Origin: Myxococcota bacterium
Lineage (GTDB): Bacteria; Myxococcota_A; UBA9160; PR03
Assembly: GCA_028284525.1 (NCBI GenBank)
Contig: JANQRO010000187.1
Span: 1 to 51,448, forward strand
DNA: 51,448 nucleotides
Reading direction: 5' to 3'
Made by a program: the position numbers and the translations under genes
Notes under the pieces: generated by a model
Told to the model about the DNA's origin: nothing
The model's input: the letters and a program-made list of their open reading frames with translations, nothing else
The model's database searches: none
Shown: positions 1-8,830 of the stretch, piece after piece
Numbering within the stretch: position 1 is the stretch's first letter
Layout: each line of letters opens with the position of its first letter

Positions 1-1379
1 GGCGGGGTGACCTTCTCGATCCACGGACGCAGGGCGCCTTCGTAGCCGACCTCGCGCTGCCGTTCGGCCACCTGCGCGCCCAGACGTTCGATCCTAGCCG
101 GGTCGCGGAGCGGACGCGCCCGCACCCACTCGGCGGCTCGGCCGACGACCTCCGAGGTCTCCGAGCGCACCGCTTCGGGGAGCGCCTCCCCCGCGTGTCC
201 GGCGTCACCCAGCCCGAGGAAGGCTTCCGCCACGTGCTCCGCGACGAAACCCCCGTGCTGACGGGAGGCGACGATGTTGCCGCGCCCCGTCGCGACGTTG
301 CCCGCCGCGAAGACGTGGGGGTGATTCTCGAGCTGGCCGACCTCGTGCTCGGAGAAGGCGTAGAGCTCGCCGCGCATCTCGATGCCCGGGATCGGCTCGG
401 GGATGCTCCCGATCGAACTCACCACCGCGGCGCCCTCGAAGTCCCAGGTCTCCTCCATCGGTGTGAAGGTCTCGTCGTCCTCGGTGCAGCTCTGCCGCAT
501 CCGTAGCCCCACCAGCCGATCGCCTTCGAGGAGGAGCCCCTCGGGTAGCGCGCAGGTGACGAGGCGGAAGCGGTACTTCTCGATCGCCTTGCTGAGCAGG
601 CGTCGCCGCGACGCGTGCACCTTGTCGCGGCGGGCGGGGTCGGCGTCCGGCGGCATCTGTACCACCGGCATCGCCGATACCGCACCCCGGTGGAAGAGGG
701 TGCAGCCCTGGATGCCCAGCTCGGCGAGACTGGTGCCGTGGCGCTCGAGGATCTTGGGGAGGCCCCGAAGCTCGATCTCGAGCATCGTCTCGTCGACACC
801 GCGATCGGCGAGGGCCAGGCGAACGCTCTCCACCATCAGGATCTTGCACACGTCGATCGAGGCGAGACCGCCCCCCACGACCAGGGTGTTGTCGAGGATC
901 GGGTAGCGCGGGCCCTCGTACGTCGGGTCGGCGCTGTGGTTGAAGGCGACGACGAAGGGATTCTGATAGACGAGGCCCTTGCCCACCACCGCGTCGGCGC
1001 CAGCCACCGGGTAGGGGCGGTCGCGCCAGGCGCCGTTGGCGAGGAGCACCGCGTCGAAGTCCATCGCGACGAGCGTTTCGAAGGACAGGTCGCGGCCGAT
1101 CCGGGTGCAGGGGACGAAGTCGATCCGCGGGTGGTCGAGCTTGCCCACGATGGCGTCGAACTCTTTGCGGCGAAGCTTCTCGTGCCAGAGGGGCAGCCCG
1201 TCTTCGATCTTGCCGTAGGGCCGTGGGTTCTGATCGAAGACCGTGACCGCGGCGCCGCGCGTGGCGAAGCGGCTGGCAGCCTCGGCTCCCGCGGTGGCGC
1301 CCCCCACGACGGCGATGGCGCGCCCGGCGAGGTCGGAGCTGCTCGGCTCGTTGGATTGCGGGTCGTCGGACGGGCTCAA
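1..1379 (-). CDS. FAD/NAD(P)-dependent oxidoreductase (ferredoxin-NADP reductase / GltD-like), 3' end runs off window
   Basis: Not in ORF track (no stop in window). Manual translation from TTG at 1379 (GGAGG RBS upstream): MSPSDD...AIAVVGGATAGAEAA (Rossmann), FDQNPRPYGKIEDGLP, DAVLLANGAWRDRP, second dinucleotide site VVGGGLASIDV; frame open to ...WIEKVTP at the window edge. Confidence 0.8.
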   Translation of the reverse strand, partial: MSPSDDPQSNEPSSSDLAGRAIAVVGGATAGAEAASRFATRGAAVTVFDQNPRPYGKIEDGLPLWHEKLRRKEFDAIVGKLDHPRIDFVPCTRIGRDLSFETLVAMDFDAVLLANGAWRDRPYPVAGADAVVGKGLVYQNPFVVAFNHSADPTYEGPRYPILDNTLVVGGGLASIDVCKILMVESVRLALADRGVDETMLEIELRGLPKILERHGTSLAELGIQGCTLFHRGAVSAMPVVQMPPDADPARRDKVHASRRRLLSKAIEKYRFRLVTCALPEGLLLEGDRLVGLRMRQSCTEDDETFTPMEETWDFEGAAVVSSIGSIPEPIPGIEMRGELYAFSEHEVGQLENHPHVFAAGNVATGRGNIVASRQHGGFVAEHVAEAFLGLGDAGHAGEALPEAVRSETSEVVGRAAEWVRARPLRDPARIERLGAQVAERQREVGYEGALRPWIEKVTP

Positions 1380-1541
1380 CAGGCCTCCAGGCGCGAGGAG
1401 GGGGACCGGCCCACGAGGATCGCACCTCGGGGGAGGGCCGGGCAAGCCCCCGCAGAGCCGCGCCGGACGCATCCCCCGTCGCGACGAGCCGTGTCGCGCG
1501 TGTGCCAGCGCGCTCGACGGGTGGGGTAGCGTTGCAGCGCG

Positions 1542-3158
1542 ATGTATCTCCCCCGCTCGTTTCGCGTCACCGACCCCGACGAGATTCGCGCCTTCGTCCA
1601 CCGCCACGGCTTCGCCACCCTCGTGACCCAGAGCGACGCGGGTCCCCTGGTGTCCCACGTGCCCCTGATGCTCGACGCCGAGGCGGGGCCCCACGGCACC
1701 CTCCGGGGCCACATGGCCCGGGCCAACGATCACTGGCGCGCCTTTGCCCCGGACGCGGCACCCTCGCTCGCGATCTTTCACGGCCCCCACGCCTACATCT
1801 CGCCGGCTTGGGATGCCCTGCCGATCGTCCCCACCTGGAACTACGCCGTCGTCCACGCCACCGGTCGGCCCGCGGTGATCGACGACGAGACCCGGGTGAC
1901 CGAGCTTCTCGACCGCCTCGTCACGCGTTACGAGTCCGAGCGCGACGCGCCCTGGTCGCTGGCGCTCTCGGCGGAGATGCGCGCGACCCTGCACGCCGCC
2001 ATCGTCGCCTTCGAGATCCCCGTCGATCGCGTCGAGGCGAAGTACAAGCTCAGCCAGAACCGCGCGCCCGAAGACCAGCGGGGCGCGCTCGCGGGCCTCG
2101 CGGCGGAAGGCGGCGCCGCGGAGCTCGTGGCGCTCTGGCGCGACACCATGGAGCGCCACCCCCCCGAATCCCGCCCACCGGGGCCTCGATCTGGTTTAGC
2201 CTGGGGCCCGCGCCCCCCCAAGCGCCAGGTCGGCCCGCCGGCCGCGCGAGGAGTCTCCCCCATGGCCGAAGCCGAAGCCCTGTCCTCCGCCTACCCCGCA
2301 CCGAAGCAACGCGTCGAGGTGCACGGTCTCGAGATGGCCTACGTCGAGATCGGCACCGGCGACCCGATCGTCTTCCTCCACGGCAACCCGACCTCGTCGT
2401 ACCTGTGGCGCAACATCATGCCGCACCTCGCCGATCGCGGTCGCTGCGTGGCGCCGGATCTCATCGGGATGGGCGACTCCCAGAAGCTCCCCGAACCCGA
2501 GGTCTACGCCTACACCTACGCCCAGCATCGCCACTACCTCGACGGGTTCCTCGACGCGGTGGTTCCCGACGGCGCCGTCACCCTGGTGATTCACGACTGG
2601 GGCTCCGCGTTGGGCTTCGATTGGGCGCGCCGTCATCCCGAGCGCGTGCGCGGGATCGCCTACATGGAGGCGGTGGTCGCGCCCCTCGAGTGGTCGGATT
2701 TTCCGGAGGGCTTCGAAGAGCTGTTCCGCGGGTTCCGCTCCGCCGCGGGCGAGACGATGGTGCTCGAGCAGAACGTCTTCATCGAGCAGGTGCTCCCGTC
2801 GGCGATCCAGCGCAAGCTGAGCGACGAGGAGATGGGGGTCTACCGCGCGCCCTACACCGAGCCCGGCGAGTCGCGTCGCCCGACCCTCACCTGGCCCCGC
2901 CAGATCCCGCTCGCGGGCCAGCCCCGCGATGTCGTGGAGTCCGTGGCGGCGAACGCCGAGTTCATGCAAGGGGCGACCTTCCCCAAGCTCTTCGTGAACG
3001 CCGAGCCCGGTGCCCTCGGCACGGGGCGGCTCCGGGAGTTCTGCCGCACCTGGCCGAACCAGAGCGAGGTGACCGTGTCCGGCATCCACTTCCTCCAGGA
3101 GGACTGCCCCCACGAGATCGGGCGGGCGATCCGCGAGTGGCTGGAGGGGGTCGGCTAG
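1542..3158 (+). CDS. paiB: PaiB-family FMN-binding split-barrel protein (about 1542-2160) continuous in-frame with a haloalkane dehalogenase
   Basis: N-terminal MYLPRSF...GHMARANDHW...FHGPHAYISPAW...VPTWNYAVVH...KYKLSQNR is typical of PaiB; no stop before the downstream dehalogenase (see findings). Confidence 0.75.
   Translation: MYLPRSFRVTDPDEIRAFVHRHGFATLVTQSDAGPLVSHVPLMLDAEAGPHGTLRGHMARANDHWRAFAPDAAPSLAIFHGPHAYISPAWDALPIVPTWNYAVVHATGRPAVIDDETRVTELLDRLVTRYESERDAPWSLALSAEMRATLHAAIVAFEIPVDRVEAKYKLSQNRAPEDQRGALAGLAAEGGAAELVALWRDTMERHPPESRPPGPRSGLAWGPRPPKRQVGPPAARGVSPMAEAEALSSAYPAPKQRVEVHGLEMAYVEIGTGDPIVFLHGNPTSSYLWRNIMPHLADRGRCVAPDLIGMGDSQKLPEPEVYAYTYAQHRHYLDGFLDAVVPDGAVTLVIHDWGSALGFDWARRHPERVRGIAYMEAVVAPLEWSDFPEGFEELFRGFRSAAGETMVLEQNVFIEQVLPSAIQRKLSDEEMGVYRAPYTEPGESRRPTLTWPRQIPLAGQPRDVVESVAANAEFMQGATFPKLFVNAEPGALGTGRLREFCRTWPNQSEVTVSGIHFLQEDCPHEIGRAIREWLEGVG
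2262..3158 (+). CDS. dhaA: Haloalkane dehalogenase (HLD-II, LinB/DhaA type)
   Basis: Own GAGGAG RBS and ATG at 2262; motifs FLHGNPTSSYLWRNIMPHL, VIHDWGSALGFDW (nucleophile Asp + halide Trp), YME (acid Glu), GIHFLQED (base His). Confidence 0.9.
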   Translation: MAEAEALSSAYPAPKQRVEVHGLEMAYVEIGTGDPIVFLHGNPTSSYLWRNIMPHLADRGRCVAPDLIGMGDSQKLPEPEVYAYTYAQHRHYLDGFLDAVVPDGAVTLVIHDWGSALGFDWARRHPERVRGIAYMEAVVAPLEWSDFPEGFEELFRGFRSAAGETMVLEQNVFIEQVLPSAIQRKLSDEEMGVYRAPYTEPGESRRPTLTWPRQIPLAGQPRDVVESVAANAEFMQGATFPKLFVNAEPGALGTGRLREFCRTWPNQSEVTVSGIHFLQEDCPHEIGRAIREWLEGVG

Positions 3159-3284
3159 GCCGATCGGCGACTCCGGCCGCGCTCGCCCTCCGTTCCCGCG
3201 CGCGGGGTGGTTGACACCGCCCGCGCAGCGCACAGGTTGGAGGGAGAGCGCGGCGGGCGTCCGCGGCGCGGGAGGGAGCGCGAG

Positions 3285-3980
3285 ATGGCGGAAGAGATCG
3301 TCAACCTCGGACTCGATCTGGACGAGCGCTCGGGACGCCGCTCCGTGCGAGTCAAGGTGAACGACCTCCACGGGTACACCCGCGACGGAGTGCCGACGGT
3401 GTCGATCGTCTGCGACGACGTCCGCGCCTTCGACCGCGAGGTGGAGCGTCTCCACGAAGAGCTCGACACGGTGGCGCGCGCGGGTCGCGAGGCGCTCACC
3501 GGCGAGGCGAGCGCGGCGCCGGCTGCCCGTCCACCGGACTCCCCACCGGAGGGTGGCAAGAGCCAGCTCGACGCGAATCTCCGCGTCGCCGACGCGATGA
3601 CGCGAGACGTCCAGACCGTCGATCGCAACGACCGCATCTCGGTGGCCGATGAGCTGATGCGCGCCGGTCGTTTCCGGCACGTCGTGGTCCTGGAGGACGA
3701 CGGACGGGTCGCCGGGGTGGTGAGCCATCGCGACATCGTGTTCGGCGCCGTGGCGTGGACCCTCGGCCAGGGACGCGCCGCCCACGACAAGGCCCTCGAC
3801 GCCTATCCCGTGAAGGAGGTGATGTCCACGGATGTCGCCACCGTCGACCCCGGGGCGCCGCTGCGGGAGGCCGCGACGCTGATGGCCGAGCGCAAGCTCG
3901 GCTGTCTGCCGGTGGTCGAGGGCGAGACGCTGGTGGGGATCCTCACCGAGGGAGACTTCCTCTACCTCTTGGCGGGCTGA
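3285..3980 (+). CDS. CBS-pair protein with an unrecognised N-terminal domain
   Basis: GGAGGGAG before ATG 3285; two CBS repeats (VADAMTRDV...FRHVVV; VKEVMSTDV...LGCLPVV..LVGILTEGD). Confidence 0.8.
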   Translation: MAEEIVNLGLDLDERSGRRSVRVKVNDLHGYTRDGVPTVSIVCDDVRAFDREVERLHEELDTVARAGREALTGEASAAPAARPPDSPPEGGKSQLDANLRVADAMTRDVQTVDRNDRISVADELMRAGRFRHVVVLEDDGRVAGVVSHRDIVFGAVAWTLGQGRAAHDKALDAYPVKEVMSTDVATVDPGAPLREAATLMAERKLGCLPVVEGETLVGILTEGDFLYLLAG

Positions 3981-5119
3981 GCGGGCGCTTGGCGCATCCC
4001 GAGCTTGGTCACGACGCGCTCGCGCTTGCCGAGCCACCAGCCGAACTGCGGCTTCCAGCGGCCAAAGTCGTCGTCGAGGCCGAGCTCGCGGGCGACCCGG
4101 AGCGGCCAGTTGGGCTCCGCCAGCAGCTCCCGCGCCAGCGCGACCGCGTCGGCCTGCCCGCTGCGGATGATCTCGTCGGCCTGGGCGGCGTCCCAGATGA
4201 AGCCCACGGCCATCGTCGCGATCCCGGCCTCGCGCCGCACCCGCGCCGCCCGGGGCACCATGAAGCCCGGGCCCAGCGGCATGCGCGGTCGGTGGGGGCC
4301 GCCGATCCCCCCGCTCGAGCAGTCGATCAGGTCGACACCGCGCTCGCCGAGCCGCCGGGCCAGCTCCACCGACTCGTCGAGGGTCCAGCCCTCGTCCACC
4401 CAGTCGGTGAGGGAGAGCCGAAAGAAGAGCGCGAGCCGCTCGGGCCAGACTTCGCGGAGGGCGTCGGCGAGCTCGAGGGCAAAGCGGATGCGCCCCTCGA
4501 AGTCGCCGCCGTAGCCGTCGCGGCGCTCGTTGGCGAGGGGCGAGTAGAACTGGTGCGCCAGAAACCCGTGGGCCGCGTAGACCTCGATCACCTCGAGCCC
4601 CGCCGCCTCGGCGCGCCGCGCCGCGTCGCGAAACGCCGCGAGCACGGCGGCGATGTCCTCGGTGTGCATCGGCGTCGGGGCGGGCCACACCTCGCCGTAG
4701 GGCAACGCGCTCGGCGCGATGGCCTCCCACGGCGCTTCGCCGCGCAGCGCGACATCCTCGTCGTCGACGGGCGTCTCGCCGTGCCAGGGCCGGCGCTCGC
4801 TGGCCTTGCGCCCGGCGTGGGCGAGCTGCACCCCCGGCACCGCGCCCTGCTCGGCGACGAAGCGCGCCACCCGCGCCAGGGGCTCGATCTGCGTGTCGCT
4901 CCACAGCCCGAGGTCGCCGTGGGTGCGCCGTCCGCGCGCCTCGACCGCCGTCGCCTCGGTGAAGACCAACCCCGCGCCCCCGAGCGCGAAGCGCCCCAGG
5001 TGCACCAGGTGCCAGTCGTTGGCCACGCCCTCCTCGGCGATGTACTGGCTCATCGGCGAGACGACCACCCGGTTGGGAATCGTCACGCCGCGGATCACGA
5101 GGGGGTCGAAGAGGTGCAT
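3962..5119 (-). CDS. NADH:flavin oxidoreductase, Old Yellow Enzyme family (YqjM/NamA-like, atypical active site)
   Basis: MHLFDPLVIRGVTIPNRVVVSPMSQY, GVQLAHAGRKAS, NERRDGYGG..EGRIRF, DLIDCSSGG, ALARELLAEPNWP. Confidence 0.9.
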   Translation of the reverse strand: MHLFDPLVIRGVTIPNRVVVSPMSQYIAEEGVANDWHLVHLGRFALGGAGLVFTEATAVEARGRRTHGDLGLWSDTQIEPLARVARFVAEQGAVPGVQLAHAGRKASERRPWHGETPVDDEDVALRGEAPWEAIAPSALPYGEVWPAPTPMHTEDIAAVLAAFRDAARRAEAAGLEVIEVYAAHGFLAHQFYSPLANERRDGYGGDFEGRIRFALELADALREVWPERLALFFRLSLTDWVDEGWTLDESVELARRLGERGVDLIDCSSGGIGGPHRPRMPLGPGFMVPRAARVRREAGIATMAVGFIWDAAQADEIIRSGQADAVALARELLAEPNWPLRVARELGLDDDFGRWKPQFGWWLGKRERVVTKLGMRQAPAQPAKR

Positions 5120-5187
5120 CGGGAGAGGAGTAGCACGCCCCCCGACCAGCCAACGCGCCGGGCGGCCACGCCGACCCGGCCCGCCGA

Positions 5188-5586
5188 CTAGAGCGCGCCG
5201 ATCTGTTGCAGGGCGCCGCGGGCGTCCCAGTAGTCGGTCTGGCGGCTGATCTTCCCGTCGCGAAGGGCGAGCACACTCACCCCGCGGACGACGAAGCGGC
5301 GATTCGACACGTCGAAGCCGAGAAAGGTCCGCCCGTCGCCCCACTCGGCCGTCCACTCCCACTCGACGGCGCCGCCGGTCGGGCCCCCGCGAAAGCGCAG
5401 GAACGCAAGACGCGTGACGCCCGTGAAGAAGAAGGTGGCAAACGCTTCGCGCAGCCCGTCCCGACCCTCGACCCGTTCGCCAAAGATCGGATCCTCGAAC
5501 ACGACATCCTCGGTGTAGTGGCTCATCGCCGCGTCGAGGTCGCCGCGGGTGTAGGTGTCGAGCCAGCGTCGCAGGGTCTCCTCCAC
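5188..5586 (-). CDS. SnoaL/NTF2-like protein
   Basis: GTG start after GGAGGGGGAG; GDLDAAMSHYTEDVVFEDP...VRGVSVLALRDGKISRQTDYWD. Confidence 0.85.
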   Translation of the reverse strand: MEETLRRWLDTYTRGDLDAAMSHYTEDVVFEDPIFGERVEGRDGLREAFATFFFTGVTRLAFLRFRGGPTGGAVEWEWTAEWGDGRTFLGFDVSNRRFVVRGVSVLALRDGKISRQTDYWDARGALQQIGAL

Positions 5587-5603
5587 GGCTCCCCCTCCGG
5601 CCC

Positions 5604-6785
5604 CTACCGGACGACCCCGTCCCGGTGGAGCGCGGCGATCGCGTCGGCGTCGAGTCCGAGCTCGCCCAGCACCTCGTCGGTGTGCTCGCCCCAGCTGGGC
5701 GCGTGGCTGCGCAGCCCGGTGGGGGTGGCGCTGTACCGCGCCGGGGGGCGGGCCGTGACGGTGCGGCCGGCCACCGGGTGCTCCGACTCGACCAGGATGC
5801 CCAGATGCTGGACCTGGGGATCGACGAGGGTCTCCTCGCGACTCAGCACCGGGGCGGACGGCACGTCGGCACTGCGCAGCGCGGCGAGGGCGTCCTCGGT
5901 GTCGAAGCCGGCGAGCGCCTCGCCGAACAGCGCCCGCATCTCGAGGGAGTGCTTCAGACGGCCGTCGCGCGTGGCGAAACGCGGATCGTCGGCCACGTCG
6001 GGGCGCCCCAGGGCCCGCGCCGCCGCCTGGAACTGGCGGTAGCTCACCCAGACGGCACAGAGCTGTCCATCTCGCGTGTCGTAGGGCGCGTACCAGACGC
6101 TGTAGGTCGGCACGGGCTCTTCGTCGGGCATCGCTTCGTTCCAGTACACATCGGGCCACATCCACGCGAGCAGCGCTTCGATCATGCTGATCTCGACGTG
6201 TTGCCCCCCGGCGCCGCGACCCCGGCCGATCAGCGCGCCCAGGGTGGCGTTGGCGGCGGTCATCGCCGTGATCTTGTCGGCGAGCACGCTCTTCACGAGG
6301 TCGCCACCCTGGGCGTGGGCCATCCCGGCGACGCTCTGCACGATCGGGTCGTAGACCGGCTGGCCCGCGTAGGGCCCCGTCGGGCCAAAGCCCGAGATCG
6401 ACACGTAGACCAGCTCGGGGTTCACCGCCGAGAGCGCTTCGTATCCGATCCCGAGACGCTCGGCGACGCCGGGTCGGAAGTTCTGGAGAAAGACGTCCGC
6501 GTCCGCCACCAGCTGCTTCACCAGGTCGACGCCGCGCGGGTCTCGCAGGTTGAGGGTGATGCCCCGCTTGTTGCGGTTCATCGCCACCCACATCCCCGAC
6601 TGATCGCCCGCCACGGGACCGGTGAGCCGCATCGAATCGGGCCCGTCCACCCGCTCGATCAGGATCACGTCGGCGCCCAGGTCGGCCATCATCGTGCCGG
6701 CCCAGGGCCCGGCGAGGACGCCCGAGGCGTCCACCACCTTGATCCCGGTCATGGGCCCGTGCTCGAACTCGGTCTCTCCGCTCAT
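5604..6785 (-). CDS. CoA-transferase family III (CaiB/BaiF)
   Basis: GIKVVDAS.VLAGP, ADLGADVILIE, NRNKRGITLNL, ADVFLQNFRPGV, SISGFGPTGPY; GAGGAG RBS. Confidence 0.92.
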   Translation of the reverse strand: MSGETEFEHGPMTGIKVVDASGVLAGPWAGTMMADLGADVILIERVDGPDSMRLTGPVAGDQSGMWVAMNRNKRGITLNLRDPRGVDLVKQLVADADVFLQNFRPGVAERLGIGYEALSAVNPELVYVSISGFGPTGPYAGQPVYDPIVQSVAGMAHAQGGDLVKSVLADKITAMTAANATLGALIGRGRGAGGQHVEISMIEALLAWMWPDVYWNEAMPDEEPVPTYSVWYAPYDTRDGQLCAVWVSYRQFQAAARALGRPDVADDPRFATRDGRLKHSLEMRALFGEALAGFDTEDALAALRSADVPSAPVLSREETLVDPQVQHLGILVESEHPVAGRTVTARPPARYSATPTGLRSHAPSWGEHTDEVLGELGLDADAIAALHRDGVVR

Positions 6786-6891
6786 GCGCTCCTCACCCGC
6801 TCGCTGGCCCGCGCCCCCTCCCGACCCCGGACGCGCCATTCTACGCAAAGCCGGCCCGGCGCCGCCGTGCCCTAGACTCCGCGGGGTCTGC

Positions 6892-6964
6892 GGGCCCTTA
6901 GCTCAGTGGTTAGAGCAACCGGCTCATAACCGGATGGTCCCTGGTTCGAGTCCAGGAGGGCCCA
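6892..6964 (+). tRNA. ileX: tRNA-Ile2 (CAT anticodon, lysidine type); CCA not encoded
   Basis: Acceptor GGGCCCT/AGGGCCC + discriminator A; D arm GCTCAGTGGTTAGAGC; anticodon loop CT-CAT-AA; T arm CCTGG-TTCGAGT-CCAGG. G1-C72 pair and no GGG/CCC anticodon-stem run exclude fMet; overall sequence resembles Ile2 more than elongator Met. Confidence 0.9.
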
Positions 6965-7172
6965 CGTTCAACGCCCGGATTGATCCGGTTTGTCACGCGA
7001 ACCCGCGTCGCCACGCGGTGCTCCGTTGCCGCAACAATTCGAGCAGCGTGTTGTCGGCGAAGCGCGTGTCGCAGCGGATCGCTTCGACGGGCCGTCGACG
7101 GGGCCGCCGGTTCGCACCTCCCAGCCTTCTTGAGGCGCCCTCCGTAGCCGTGCCGAGCGGGAGCTGCCCCGT

Positions 7173-7802
7173 TCAGCTCCCTGCGCTCGGTCGTGCGCTC
7201 ACCGCCGCGTGCCAGCGCGCGACGTTCTTGCAGCCCTCGGGGATCCCCATGCCAATCGCGTTGCCGAAGTCGACCGCACACTGAGCGGTGATGTCCGCGG
7301 CGGTGTACCGATCGGAACCGAGGTACTCCGACTCGCCAAGCCGCCTGTCGAGCTCCTCGTAGAACCAGGCGGCGCGCCTCTTGCCGCGCTCCACGAGACC
7401 CGGGATGAGGTCCAGACTCGTCGGGCCCGGCAGGCCGCGTCCCTCGAGCGCCTCGGTCTGATTGCGAAAGAACTCGCCGATCGCACCGATACCATTCTGC
7501 TCCGAGAAGCGTTCCCACGCCTCGATCTCGGCGGCCTCCAGCGGGTCCTTGCCCATGAGGTTCGGCTCCGGGTGCTGCGATTCGACGTAGCGCATGATCG
7601 CTGGCGCTTCGCGAATCACGCTGCCGTCGTCGAGCTCGAGCGCGGGGACCGTGCCCCACGGGTTGATTTTGAGGTAGTCCCCCGCGTTCGTCTCACCGCT
7701 CAGGATGTCGTGCTCGACCTTCTCGCAATCGATCCCTTTCTCGGCGAGAAAGATCCGAGCGCGGCGCGGATTCGGTGCCATCTGACAATCGTGTAGCTTC
7801 AT
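7173..7802 (-). CDS. Glutathione S-transferase family protein
   Basis: APNPRRARIFLAEKG, INPWGTVPALELDDG, YLGSDRYTAADIT. Confidence 0.92.
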   Translation of the reverse strand: MKLHDCQMAPNPRRARIFLAEKGIDCEKVEHDILSGETNAGDYLKINPWGTVPALELDDGSVIREAPAIMRYVESQHPEPNLMGKDPLEAAEIEAWERFSEQNGIGAIGEFFRNQTEALEGRGLPGPTSLDLIPGLVERGKRRAAWFYEELDRRLGESEYLGSDRYTAADITAQCAVDFGNAIGMGIPEGCKNVARWHAAVSARPSAGS

Positions 7803-7970
7803 CGAGTTCCTCTGTTGGCAGGTCCTTCACCGCGGCGACGTCACCGCCATGAGTGGCTGCATTTCCGCCTCCGCCGGCATGTTCTCTCAGGTCGGAAGCG
7901 CGGGGTGGAGGGTATCCCACCGTTGGGCGCTCGAAGTCCAGATCTCGGCGACCGGCGGGACACCGCTCGC

Positions 7971-8753
7971 TCAGAGCTGCTCGCGTGGGAACTCGGTGGG
8001 CCAATGATCGCATGCGGCGAGGCCTTCGAGGGCGAGGCCGTAGGGGAGCTGGTCGAGCATGGCGCGTTTGACGGCCATCAGCATGGCCTCTCGGGTGAGG
8101 CGGGTCGTGAGCGGCGGGCGTTCGCGGATGCGCCGCGCGAGCAACCAGGCGCGATCGAGGAGCTCGTTCGTGGGGAGGACCTCGTTGACCACGCCGAGGG
8201 ACAGCGCCTCCGCCGCGCTCAGCACCTGTCCGGTCATGAGGAAGTAGCGGCCGCGGTTCAGGCCGAGGAGCAGCGGCCAGACGACGTGGACGCCGTCGCC
8301 GGGGACCAACCCGCTCGGGTAGTGCGGGGCGTCCTGGAAGGTCGCGTGTTCGGCGGCCAGCACCACGTCGCAGAGCAGTGCGAGCTCGGCGTGCACGGTC
8401 GCCGGGCCGTTCACCGCTGCGATCATCGGGGCCTGGATCTCGAGCTCGTTCATCAGGAGCCGCTTGGCGTCCGGCAGGACGTGGCCGGCCCAGTCGCTCG
8501 CGCTCACCGAGCTCGCGCCACCGAGGTCCTCGTGATCGATGAAGGTGTCCCCCGAACCGGTGAGGATGATCACCTTGTTCTCGGGGTCGGCCGCGATGTC
8601 GGCGAACGCGTAGCCCACTTCCTGGTGGGGGGCGAAGCCCCACACGAGGTCCCGGTCGTCGGTGTGGAAGGTGACCTGGAGAATGCCGTCCTCGCGGTGG
8701 AACTTGATGTGTTCGTAGCGGGCGGCGTATTCGTCGAGCTGCGGAAGCTTCAC
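7971..8753 (-). CDS. Crotonase-superfamily beta-diketone hydrolase (6-oxocamphor hydrolase-like)
   Basis: AAAGGAG RBS, GTG start; [54 protein letters not shown] closely follow the Rhodococcus 6-oxocamphor hydrolase pattern as I recall it. Confidence 0.8.
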   Translation of the reverse strand: MKLPQLDEYAARYEHIKFHREDGILQVTFHTDDRDLVWGFAPHQEVGYAFADIAADPENKVIILTGSGDTFIDHEDLGGASSVSASDWAGHVLPDAKRLLMNELEIQAPMIAAVNGPATVHAELALLCDVVLAAEHATFQDAPHYPSGLVPGDGVHVVWPLLLGLNRGRYFLMTGQVLSAAEALSLGVVNEVLPTNELLDRAWLLARRIRERPPLTTRLTREAMLMAVKRAMLDQLPYGLALEGLAACDHWPTEFPREQL

Positions 8754-8830
8754 GGTGGAGGGCTCCTTTCGAGGAGGGAGGGGGTTGGAGCCCAGACGAT
8801 AGGTCAGCCGCAGACCCGACCCCGGCGCGA

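Noticed and set aside
3962-3980. Convergent 3' overlap of the CBS and OYE genes; also the methyltransferase tail overlapping the gene starting at 18621
   Set aside because: Short overlaps from stop-codon drift are common in GC-rich genomes; no sign of function.
2196-5276. Very long alternative-frame/antisense ORFs (e.g. 2196-5276, 12734-14917, 20768-23086, 28555-31176, 38952-41231)
   Set aside because: Shadow ORFs expected at this GC content; Arg/Pro/Gly-rich or antisense to well-supported genes, with no motifs.
6892-6964. tRNA-Met / initiator tRNA
   Set aside because: G1-C72 is paired and the three consecutive G-C anticodon pairs are absent; the overall sequence fits Ile2 better. Elongator Met is not fully excluded.
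7803-7970. Glycine riboswitch (CTCTCAGG motif)
   Set aside because: Motif is on the strand opposite the adjacent genes, and the other conserved aptamer elements are missing.
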